Source of the DNA: Candidatus Omnitrophota bacterium
GTDB taxonomy: Bacteria; Omnitrophota; Gorgyraeia; Tantalellales; Tantalellaceae
Length of the DNA stretch: 32,000 nt
Direction of reading: 5' to 3'
NCBI GenBank assembly: GCA_015231405.1
Contig: JADGBR010000027.1
Span: 5,062-37,061, forward strand
Every line of letters begins with the position of its first letter. The stretch's first letter is position 1. Positions 5,855-13,837 of the stretch are shown here, piece after piece. The notes below the pieces were generated by a model. The model did not search any database. It worked only from the letters and a program-made list of their open reading frames with translations, and was not told the DNA's origin. Position numbers and translations under genes: made by a program.

Positions 5855-8476
5855 ATGCCAGCCAAGCCAGGGTCCGAACAGATCAACTCAGTTGTAATAA
5901 CCGGAGACGTCGCGAAGGATACTTACATCTATGAAGGGGAGAGGATGACTTCCCGGAAGGATGACTTGAGGGCGACTAAAGTCCATAAGGAGCTTGGCGG
6001 GGCGGAGCTGGTCTATAAGGTCCTGGACGCGCTCAATAGAAAAGCGGTGCTGGGATGGAATGTTACGAACGCCGTCGGATGCCCGGAAGGAAAAGGCGGA
6101 CAATGTATAAGCTCGTACTCTCATTGGGATCCGTTCGAGGATAAAAAAAATAAAAAACAGTCGATATGGCGCATGAGTAAAGCCCTGGGTTACGGATTTG
6201 AGGACTCAGCGCTCGATCCCGCCGTTAAACCGTTCGGCGGGTTGGATGAAGTCAAAAAGAAAGGAACGCCCAAGATCCTCGTAATACAGGACGCCGGATA
6301 CAAATTCAGGGCGCTCGGGAGGAACGATAAGTGGCTGTTGGAAAAAAGCCTGGACTGGGTGGTCATAAAACTTTCAAGGCCGCTTGCCGCGGGAGAACTC
6401 TGGGAAGAACTTATAGGGAATTACGCCGATAAGCTGGTCGTTATAGTTTCCGTAGATGAATTTCGTCTCGAAGATATCAAGATAGCGAAAGGGTTTTCAT
6501 GGGAACAGACGATAGAGGACCTGAGATATGCCCTGGGCACGGAGCCGCGGTACGCTGCGCTGGCTAAATGCGGGCACCTGATCGTCAGTTTTGGCGCGGA
6601 CGGGGCTTTATGGCTTGATAACGGTTCCAGTAATGACACCAAGGCGAAGTTCCTCGGCGATACATCACGCGCGGAGAACGAATGGGCGAACGGTTTGAAA
6701 GGCGAGTCCTTTGGTTATATGTCGACCCTCACGGCGGCGGTTACATACGCATTAATGGATCATTACGGCAAAAAAGGTTCCCCGGATCTCGCGAAAGGGA
6801 TCGAACGCGGGTTATCGGCGATGCGTGATCTTTTGGAGAACGGCCATGGCGGTCTTGTAAAAGACGGAATGCCGTCCGGATTCCCCGTGGAGCGCTTAGC
6901 GGAAAAAATATTAAAAGCTGAACGGTTCCTCTCAAGTATCATCGTGCCTTGGATCCATCCGGACAATATAAAAGATCAGGGCGATTGGATGATAGCCGAA
7001 ATGATGCAGCGGTCGCCTTCGTTCAAAGGGTACGTTTCGCTGCATGGGCTCGCTACGCAGGTGGTCATGTACGGTCAGGGGGTGCTGAAACATATACCTC
7101 ACGCGACTTTCGGGAAATTGACGACCGCGGACCGGAAAGAGATAGAAACGCTTCGCCGGTTAAAAAGGTTCATGACCGAGTATAAAAATGACCCGGACGA
7201 GAAAAAACCTAAAGCTTTCGGCGTTTTTGGCCCCCCCGGCGCCGGTAAATCGTTCGGCGTTAAACAGATAGCGAAAGAAGTGCTTGGCGATGGTAACTGG
7301 CTTGAGTTCAATCTTTCGCAGTTCGAGAGCCTATCCGAACTGTACGGGGCATTCCACCAGGTGCGTGACAGCGTGCTGGGCGGATCGATCCCGGTGGTTT
7401 TCATGGACGAGTTCGATTCCCAGAGATACAAGTGGCTGCAGTACCTAATATCGCCAATGCAGGACGGCATTTTTCAGGAAGGGCAGCTTACGCATACGGT
7501 CGGGAAATGCATTTTCATTTTCGCCGGCGCGACGAGCTATACTTACGAGTCGTTCGGGACTTTTAAGAAAACTCCGGATGGTATCGAAGCTGAGAAGGAT
7601 TTCATCCTGAAAAAAGGCCCTGATTTTAAAAGCCGGCTGGATACCTATTATAACGTGCTCGGCCCGAATAGGAGGATAATCGATCCCGAGACCGGTGTGC
7701 CGGATCCCGCGGATATCTCATGCCCGTTAAGGAGGGCCATTTTCATATCCTCGAAAATAAAATACAGCCCGGGTCTTCCCGCGCCGATAGATCCTGGGCT
7801 TGTGAACGCGCTCCTCAGGATATCGAAATATAAGCACGGCGCGCGCTCTTTGGATAAACTTCTTTGCATCCTCGGGTCGAAAGATAAAACTTCGCTTTTA
7901 AGGTCGTCCCTTCCGGCCGACGCGCAACTGGGGATGTATGTCGATCCAGCCGAATTTAACGCGCTTTTACTTGAGCCTCACAAGATCCTACGCGAACTTC
8001 CTATAGAGGACCTGGCCCGCGCGATCCATACGGGCTGGTCTTTGCTATGCGATAAAAAAGGCTTAAAAAAAGCCGCGCAATACGACAAAGAGTACAACGC
8101 GCTTGACGCTGACGGGAAGGAGGTCAATCGCGCAGCGGCCAGGAGGATACAGGAGATACTGGCTACGGTGAACCTGAAGATCGAAAAACCCGGAGCGCCA
8201 GGGAAAGCCGGCAAAGATCACGACGCGATCATAACCGGGCATCTTGAGCATCATTCGCCGCTTCTTGCGGAGCTTGAGCATAACGGGTGGATGAACCATA
8301 TGTTCAAGTCCGGGTGGAAATACGCGGATATCAGGAACGACGCGAAGAAAGAGCATGATCAGTTGAAACCTTATAACGAACTGCCGGAAGATCAAAAGGA
8401 CAAAGACAGGGATTCGATAAATAATTATCCCGCTGTGCTTAAAACATCCGGGTACAGCATAAACTGGATAAAATGA
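5855..8476 (+). CDS. Multidomain ATPase: N-terminal ribokinase/PfkB-like(?) domain, classical AAA+ ATPase, C-terminal RyR-domain region
   Basis: - AAA+ domain: Walker A FGVFGPPGAGKSFG, Walker B VVFMDEFDS, sensor-1-like IFIFAGATS.
- C-terminus: a clear RyR (PF02026-type) repeat, LAELEHNGWMNHMFKSGWKYADIRNDAKKEHDQLKPYNELPEDQKDKDRDSINNYPAVLKTSGYSI. It is preceded by a degenerate one, LARAIHTGWSLLCDKKG...YNALDADGKEVNRAAARRIQEILATVNLKI.
- N-terminal ~320 aa: a PfkB-like strand/helix pattern (VVITGDVAKDTYIY, GGAELVYKVLDAL, ILVIQDAGY, KLVVIVSVDEFRL, GHLIVSFGADGALWLDNG, KGESFGYMSTLTAAV). This part is a fold guess only. Confidence 0.75.
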   Translation: MPAKPGSEQINSVVITGDVAKDTYIYEGERMTSRKDDLRATKVHKELGGAELVYKVLDALNRKAVLGWNVTNAVGCPEGKGGQCISSYSHWDPFEDKKNKKQSIWRMSKALGYGFEDSALDPAVKPFGGLDEVKKKGTPKILVIQDAGYKFRALGRNDKWLLEKSLDWVVIKLSRPLAAGELWEELIGNYADKLVVIVSVDEFRLEDIKIAKGFSWEQTIEDLRYALGTEPRYAALAKCGHLIVSFGADGALWLDNGSSNDTKAKFLGDTSRAENEWANGLKGESFGYMSTLTAAVTYALMDHYGKKGSPDLAKGIERGLSAMRDLLENGHGGLVKDGMPSGFPVERLAEKILKAERFLSSIIVPWIHPDNIKDQGDWMIAEMMQRSPSFKGYVSLHGLATQVVMYGQGVLKHIPHATFGKLTTADRKEIETLRRLKRFMTEYKNDPDEKKPKAFGVFGPPGAGKSFGVKQIAKEVLGDGNWLEFNLSQFESLSELYGAFHQVRDSVLGGSIPVVFMDEFDSQRYKWLQYLISPMQDGIFQEGQLTHTVGKCIFIFAGATSYTYESFGTFKKTPDGIEAEKDFILKKGPDFKSRLDTYYNVLGPNRRIIDPETGVPDPADISCPLRRAIFISSKIKYSPGLPAPIDPGLVNALLRISKYKHGARSLDKLLCILGSKDKTSLLRSSLPADAQLGMYVDPAEFNALLLEPHKILRELPIEDLARAIHTGWSLLCDKKGLKKAAQYDKEYNALDADGKEVNRAAARRIQEILATVNLKIEKPGAPGKAGKDHDAIITGHLEHHSPLLAELEHNGWMNHMFKSGWKYADIRNDAKKEHDQLKPYNELPEDQKDKDRDSINNYPAVLKTSGYSINWIK

Positions 8477-9417
8477 CGTCCGCAGGCCGTCATTCCGGGC
8501 CCCTCCTAGCGAGGGCGAAGCGATCTATGAAGAGATATAAAACAAGCTCGGGGTTTCAGGGTATTCTATTCCTTTTATTTGGGGCATTGATCCTGAATGG
8601 ATATCCTGTATCCGCATCTGCAGCCGATAGCGTTTATTTTAAACCAAGTGGATCTCAGGTCATCGAAAGAGGCAAAGACGTCGAGTTTAGCTACACCCTT
8701 ACCGTCGACAATGCGGCCGTTGATCCTTCCGAGATCGGGGAAAGTCCCCTGCTATACACTCATGGCGCTAATGAGCTTATACCCGGTCTTGAGAAAGGGC
8801 TTCAGGGGATGAAGGTCGGAGAGAGGAAGAGGATAGTCGTCGGTCCGGAAGAAGGGTTCGGGGTTTTCGATCCCGGGCTTATCGTTGAGGTTCCCTTGAG
8901 AGAACTTCCGAAGGATATAATCCCGGAGATCGGCATCTCAGTTGACATGGAGGAGCCCAACGGCGACAGGGTCCCGGCAACTGTCCGCGAAGTGAAAGAA
9001 AAGACGGTGGTACTCGATCAGAACCACCCGTATGCCGGGAAGACCCTGGCATTCGATGTTACGGTCACTTCGATAAAGCAAGGCGACGTGAATAGAACAT
9101 ATCATATCCCCGGTATCTACTCCAGCCTGGATTATATTAATGAGTCCGGTGACCTTGTCGGCATGGAGGTCCTGATATTCCCGGGAGGTCCGGGTCGGGA
9201 TCATTCCGCGCTCGTCCAAATAGCCGAAGGAGAGGCCCCTTACGCGGCGCTTGTTCCCGTAAAGGTCCACGGTTCCCGCATAAGGTTCACAATGCCCAAG
9301 AACGGCCCGGTAGGCCCCGAACATTATGCCGGTACTATTAAAGATGACGCGCTGGTAATTGAGTATATAAAAGGCGGCGAGGAAATACTTAAACGCGGAA
9401 AAAGTTATTGGGAATGA
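8473..9417 (+). CDS. Exported FKBP-type peptidyl-prolyl cis-trans isomerase with an unrecognised ~110-aa C-terminal domain
   Basis: The FKBP core carries a flap insert (YTHGANELIPGLEKGLQGMKVGERKRIVVGPEEGFG ... LDQNHPYAGKTLAFDVTVTSIK). There is a signal-peptide-like segment, MKRYKTSSGFQGILFLLFGALILNGYPVSASA. The start is either the ATG at 8473 (an ATGA overlap with the upstream stop) or the ATG at 8527. Confidence 0.8.
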   Translation: MTSAGRHSGPLLARAKRSMKRYKTSSGFQGILFLLFGALILNGYPVSASAADSVYFKPSGSQVIERGKDVEFSYTLTVDNAAVDPSEIGESPLLYTHGANELIPGLEKGLQGMKVGERKRIVVGPEEGFGVFDPGLIVEVPLRELPKDIIPEIGISVDMEEPNGDRVPATVREVKEKTVVLDQNHPYAGKTLAFDVTVTSIKQGDVNRTYHIPGIYSSLDYINESGDLVGMEVLIFPGGPGRDHSALVQIAEGEAPYAALVPVKVHGSRIRFTMPKNGPVGPEHYAGTIKDDALVIEYIKGGEEILKRGKSYWE

Positions 9418-9443
9418 ACAAAACAACCTCCGGAGAATAATAA

Positions 9444-9728
9444 ATGGCTGATTTCACCGAAGAGATGCTTGAGGAACTATCTAACGCCGCCCATCAGGTC
9501 TGGATGGAGGGGAAGATCAGGGACGGTTGGAAGTATGGCCCTCTGATCGACAAAACTAATAAGATCCACAGCTGTCTCGTCCCTTACGATAAATTGAGCG
9601 AATCGGATAAGGAATCCGACCGCGACATGGTCCGCGGTATCCCGAGAATACTGGCCTTAGCCGGATACGAGATGATACCGAGAAGTGACCGTGGCGCAGA
9701 CCGTCATTGCGAGGAGCGAACGAAGTGA
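9444..9728 (+). CDS. Standalone RyR-domain protein (94 aa)
   Basis: LSNAAHQVWMEGKIRDGWKYGPLIDKTNKIHSCLVPYDKLSESDKESDRDMVRGIPRILALAGYEMI matches the bacterial RyR-domain pattern and the C-terminal repeat of the 873-aa protein. The RBS is GGAG. The last 8 codons and the stop lie inside a family-B repeat. Confidence 0.8.
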   Translation: MADFTEEMLEELSNAAHQVWMEGKIRDGWKYGPLIDKTNKIHSCLVPYDKLSESDKESDRDMVRGIPRILALAGYEMIPRSDRGADRHCEERTK

Positions 9729-9744
9729 GCGACGAAGCAATCCC
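9702..9744. repeat. Family-B repeat, solo half-element
   Basis: CGTCATTGCGAGGAGCGAACGAAGTGAGCGACGAAGCAATCCC shares the GTCATTGCGAG...GAAGCAATC blocks with 24593-24670 and 25750-25840. It lacks the complementary right arm. Confidence 0.7.
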
Positions 9745-9759
9745 GTAAAGGAACTTTAA

Positions 9760-12700
9760 ATGAACCGCTCGGTCAAGCTATTCCTCTCCTACGCCCGCGG
9801 CGATGATGAGCCGTTCGTCAAACGCCTGTATGGCGACTTGACGAGCGCGGGGTTCGAAGTCTGGTATGACCGCGTGTCTATGCCTTCCCGCCAGCTCACT
9901 TTTCATACAGAGATAAGAGAAGCGGTCAACTCGGCGGACAGGTTACTCCTGGTCGTTGGCCCCAAGGCGGTCGAATCGGATTACGTCGAACAGGAATGGC
10001 GCTGGGCGTTGTTGCAGGATAAATGTTTAAACCCGATCCTTAGGCTTAACGGGCGCGCCGCGGACAAGAGCGTAATAGACGGGTATAAGTTAATACCCGA
10101 AGAACTGGTTATCCTTCATTCGGAGGATTTTCGTGACGACACGAAGTATGACGCGGCGCTCGCGAACCTCAAGAGGCAGCTTTCCGAGCCGATCCCTCCG
10201 TTTGGAAAGCTCGTAGCCGTCCCCGAACTTCCGGCGCATTTCAAAGCCCAGCCTGAAAGGCTCAAGAAATTACGCGAACTATTGCTCATCGACCTGAATA
10301 ACCCAACGGTAGTGACCGGCGCGGCCGCGCGCGTGGGTCTTGAGGGAATGGGCGGCATAGGTAAAAGTGTTCTTGCGTCCGCTCTTGCCCGTAACCCTGA
10401 GATACGCAGGGTCTTTTCCGACGGCATATTTTGGATAGGTTTCGGGCAGAAACCCGATATAGTCTCTCTCCAGCGCAGGATAGTTACCGAACTATGCGGT
10501 GACGCTCTTTTTAACGAGATAGAGATAGGCAAACAGCGGATGACCGATCTACTCAAGAGCCGCGCCGCGCTCATTATTATCGACGACGTCTGGGACAGGA
10601 AACACGCCGACGCGTTCAATGTCCTGGGCCCCAGGTGTAAACTGCTCTTAACGAGCCGTGATTCGGGCCTTGTAACTTCATTCGCCGGCAACGGCTACCA
10701 GGTCCAGCTTCTGACCGAGGCCGAATCGCTTGAACTGTTGGCTACGACATCCGGTTTTACATCTCAAACCTTACCAAAGATAGCCTCCGACATCGTGAAA
10801 GAATGCCAGCGACTTCCCCTGGCCCTCGCCCTTTGCGGCGGCATGGCCCGTAAAGGCCACGCCTGGGAAAATATCCACAAAGCCTTAAAGAACGCCCGCC
10901 TCGAGGTCATAGCCGACAGGCACGAAGCCGAAGAACAGCACACGAGCCTCTGGCGAACGATGGAAGTCAGCGTTCAGGTATTATCAAAAGAAGAGAAAGA
11001 GAGATTTGTCGAGCTTGCCGTCTTCCGTGAAGACATCGAGATCCCTCTGGAGGCGTTGATAACTCTTTGGACGAGGACAGGCGATATGGATGAGTTCTCC
11101 GCGGCGGAGACTATCATTTCATTCAAGGAAAGGTCACTTATCCAGGTCAACACAAGAAAACTTCCCGATGGCACGACACAAAAGATAGCGACAATCCATG
11201 ATCTAATCCGCGATTACGCCGTCCGTCTCGCGAAACAGAAAGAAGGAGGAATAGCGGCTCTTCACGCCCAAATGCTGGACGCTTACAAAACCAAATGCCC
11301 GAAAGCTGAATGGCACACCGGCCCCAATGACGGTTACTATTTCGAGAATTTGAGGCATCATTTCATAGTTGCCGGGGAGATCGATAAATGCGTCGATCTC
11401 TTTACCGGGCTACGGTGGATAGAAGCCAAATGCAAATACGGTTTAACATTCGACCTGGAGAATGACTTTCGCGATCTTCTCCGGGCATTGCCTGAGGCGG
11501 CGGCACAAATAGAAGAAGAGCGAAAACGGGAAATGCCTATCGCCAGATGGGCGGATGAAATGGTCGCGTATTCAAAAGAGTGGAGCCTCCGGGGGGTAAA
11601 AGGGTCGACTGGCCAAAACCCTGAGCCAAAACTTCCCGAACCTGTCCCGGCATGCGGATTATCGACAGACGAAGAGATGAACGCTGAGATAGGCCGTCTC
11701 ATAGCGTCCCCGACGCGGGTTGACAGGGTAAAAGCATTCTCGAACTTTGTCGCTACCCAGCTATATCCTTTAAGTAAATACGCGAGCCACCCCGGTTTTG
11801 TCATCCAGCAGGCGTCCAATTCCGCTCCGGATGGCCCTGTTCATAGGACGGCGTCTGATCTTCTCACGGGGATCTGTATTCCATTTATCTTGCGAGTGTG
11901 GAAAAAACATGACCGTTACGAGCCTAAACAGGCGCTTTTAATGGCGCTCGAGGGGCATAACGATATCATTAGAAGCGTTTCTGTCACTCCGGACCATAGA
12001 AGAGCGGTCTCCGGAGGCAGCGATAAGACGCTCCGGGTCTGGGACCTGGAAAGCGGGGTATGTTTGCATTCTCTTCACGGCCACGACGATATTATAAGGA
12101 GTGCAGCTATCACTCCTGATGGTGTAAGGGCCGTCACGGGAAGTTGGGATAAGACTTTACGGGTATGGGATATCGAGAACGGCGTATGTTCGTATGTTCT
12201 CCGGGGGCATACTGACGATGTGAGGTGCGTCGCGATCACTCCTTGCGGGAAAAAAGCCGTTTCAGGGAGCCGTGACGGGACACTCAGGGTATGGGACCTG
12301 GAAAACGGTTCTTGTATTTCGGCGCTTAAAAAGATCGATGGCCATATTGAAAGCGTCGCCATCACCCCTTGCGGAAGAAAGGCGGTATCGGGAAGCAGCG
12401 ACAAGAAGCTACGGGTATGGGACCTTGAGACCGGAGCCTGTTCGAGCACATTCACGGGACATAACAATAATATAGTTAGCGTTGCCGTTACGCCTGACTG
12501 CAAAGTGGCGGTATCGGGGGATTGGAACGGGGAGATCCGGGTATGGGACATAGAGAAAGGGATATGTTCGCGTTCTCTCAAAGGGCATAGCGATATCGCG
12601 AGAAGCGTCGCCATAACCGCCGACGGTAAGCGGGCGGTTTCAGGAAGCCGCGACAAGACGTTACGGCTATGGGATCTGAGCAATGGCGGGCTTTTACGCG

Positions 12701-13689
12701 TTATCTCCGGTGATAGCGACGATATGAGGAGCATATCTATCGTTCCGGACGGGAGGATGGCCGTCACCGCGGGGAGCGATAAGAAACTTCGGTTATGGGA
12801 CATAGCAAGCGTCTCATTCCGGAAGGCTCCTGATACCCATCGCGATGACGTGAGGGGTGTTTCTATCACTCCTGACGGCAGAACAGCCGTTTCGGGGAGT
12901 AAGGATAAGACGATCAGGGTATGGGACATAGAGAGCGGAACATGCTTACGGACCCTCACCGGGCACAGCGATATAGTAAGATGCGTCGCCGTCGCTCCGG
13001 ATGGGAAGACCGCGTTCTCGGGAGGCGGCGATAGGGTATTACGCGTATGGGACATAGAGAAGGGAGTGTTTTTACGGGCTCTCCCGGGACATACAGGCAG
13101 CGTGAAATGTATTTCGTTCTCTCCCTGCGGGAAAAAGGCGATATCGGCATGCGGTGATTCCACTATAAGGATATGGGACATAGAGAACTGGGTGTGTTTA
13201 CGCGTGCTTGAAGGGCATAGCGATGATGTTAGAAGCGTTTCGATCACTACTTCCGGGAAACATGCCGTCTCGGGCAGTAAAGATAAGACTATCAGGGTCT
13301 GGGATATAGAGAGCGGGGCCTGTCTCCGCGTGATCGAAGCCCATACGGACATTGTAAGAAGCGTCGCCATTACTCCTGACGGTCGAAGAGCCGTTTCCGG
13401 GAGCAGTGACAAGACGCTCAGGGTATGGGACATAGAAAGCGGATCATGCATCCGCGTCATTGAAGGGCACAGCGATTATGTCATGAACGTCGCTGTTACA
13501 TCCGACGGAAGGAAGGCTGTCTCTATAGGCTGGGATGAAACGGTACGCCTGTGGGACATAGAGACCGGCAGGTGCCTGTCGATCTTCAGCTTCCCGGAAC
13601 CGGCGACCGCCCTGGCATTGAAGCCCGATGATAGCGGAGCCATCGTCGGGACACATAACGGACAACTTCTTTTTCTTGATTATAAATGA
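9760..13689 (+). CDS. TIR - NB-ARC (STAND NTPase) - 14x WD40 protein (Apaf-1/NLR-like)
   Basis: - TIR: KLFLSYARGDDEPFVKRLYGDLTSAGFEVWYDRVSM...LLLVVGPKAVESDYVEQEW.
- NB-ARC: P-loop GMGGIGKS, kinase-2 LIIIDDVWD, LLLTSRD, GLPL-like RLPLALALCGG, MHD-like TIHDLIRDYA.
- WD40: fourteen 42-aa repeats of the type GH-x-D-x-[VI]-R-S-V-A-I-T-P-D-G-x-x-A-V-S-G-S-x-D-K-T-L-R-V-W-D. Confidence 0.92.
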   Translation: MNRSVKLFLSYARGDDEPFVKRLYGDLTSAGFEVWYDRVSMPSRQLTFHTEIREAVNSADRLLLVVGPKAVESDYVEQEWRWALLQDKCLNPILRLNGRAADKSVIDGYKLIPEELVILHSEDFRDDTKYDAALANLKRQLSEPIPPFGKLVAVPELPAHFKAQPERLKKLRELLLIDLNNPTVVTGAAARVGLEGMGGIGKSVLASALARNPEIRRVFSDGIFWIGFGQKPDIVSLQRRIVTELCGDALFNEIEIGKQRMTDLLKSRAALIIIDDVWDRKHADAFNVLGPRCKLLLTSRDSGLVTSFAGNGYQVQLLTEAESLELLATTSGFTSQTLPKIASDIVKECQRLPLALALCGGMARKGHAWENIHKALKNARLEVIADRHEAEEQHTSLWRTMEVSVQVLSKEEKERFVELAVFREDIEIPLEALITLWTRTGDMDEFSAAETIISFKERSLIQVNTRKLPDGTTQKIATIHDLIRDYAVRLAKQKEGGIAALHAQMLDAYKTKCPKAEWHTGPNDGYYFENLRHHFIVAGEIDKCVDLFTGLRWIEAKCKYGLTFDLENDFRDLLRALPEAAAQIEEERKREMPIARWADEMVAYSKEWSLRGVKGSTGQNPEPKLPEPVPACGLSTDEEMNAEIGRLIASPTRVDRVKAFSNFVATQLYPLSKYASHPGFVIQQASNSAPDGPVHRTASDLLTGICIPFILRVWKKHDRYEPKQALLMALEGHNDIIRSVSVTPDHRRAVSGGSDKTLRVWDLESGVCLHSLHGHDDIIRSAAITPDGVRAVTGSWDKTLRVWDIENGVCSYVLRGHTDDVRCVAITPCGKKAVSGSRDGTLRVWDLENGSCISALKKIDGHIESVAITPCGRKAVSGSSDKKLRVWDLETGACSSTFTGHNNNIVSVAVTPDCKVAVSGDWNGEIRVWDIEKGICSRSLKGHSDIARSVAITADGKRAVSGSRDKTLRLWDLSNGGLLRVISGDSDDMRSISIVPDGRMAVTAGSDKKLRLWDIASVSFRKAPDTHRDDVRGVSITPDGRTAVSGSKDKTIRVWDIESGTCLRTLTGHSDIVRCVAVAPDGKTAFSGGGDRVLRVWDIEKGVFLRALPGHTGSVKCISFSPCGKKAISACGDSTIRIWDIENWVCLRVLEGHSDDVRSVSITTSGKHAVSGSKDKTIRVWDIESGACLRVIEAHTDIVRSVAITPDGRRAVSGSSDKTLRVWDIESGSCIRVIEGHSDYVMNVAVTSDGRKAVSIGWDETVRLWDIETGRCLSIFSFPEPATALALKPDDSGAIVGTHNGQLLFLDYK
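11947..13686 (+). repeat. Tandem 126-nt (42-codon) WD40 coding repeats, 14 units
   Basis: The period is visible at both DNA and protein level, for example GATAAGAC(G/T)(C/A)T(C/A)(C/A)GGGT(C/A)TGGGA recurs. Units 8, 11 and 12 are especially similar to one another. Confidence 0.9.
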
Positions 13690-13837
13690 AAAACCGGGAA
13701 AGACTATACTTATGCATCAGAATAGGCGTTTTATGGAGCCACCTTTAACAAGAAAAATTCCGTTGCATTGGTTTTAATGCTAATTGCCGTAAATATATAA
13801 GATTTAAACCGTCCATAGACATGAAAGAAGGAATAGG

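Noticed and set aside
12075-13460. A 461-aa ORF on the minus strand, plus smaller ORFs within it.
   Set aside because: It lies exactly antisense to the WD40 repeat array. Its translation is a low-complexity Ser/Leu/Pro/Thr repeat with the same 42-codon period and no recognisable motif. The sense strand encodes textbook WD40 units, so this is an open-frame artefact of the repeats.
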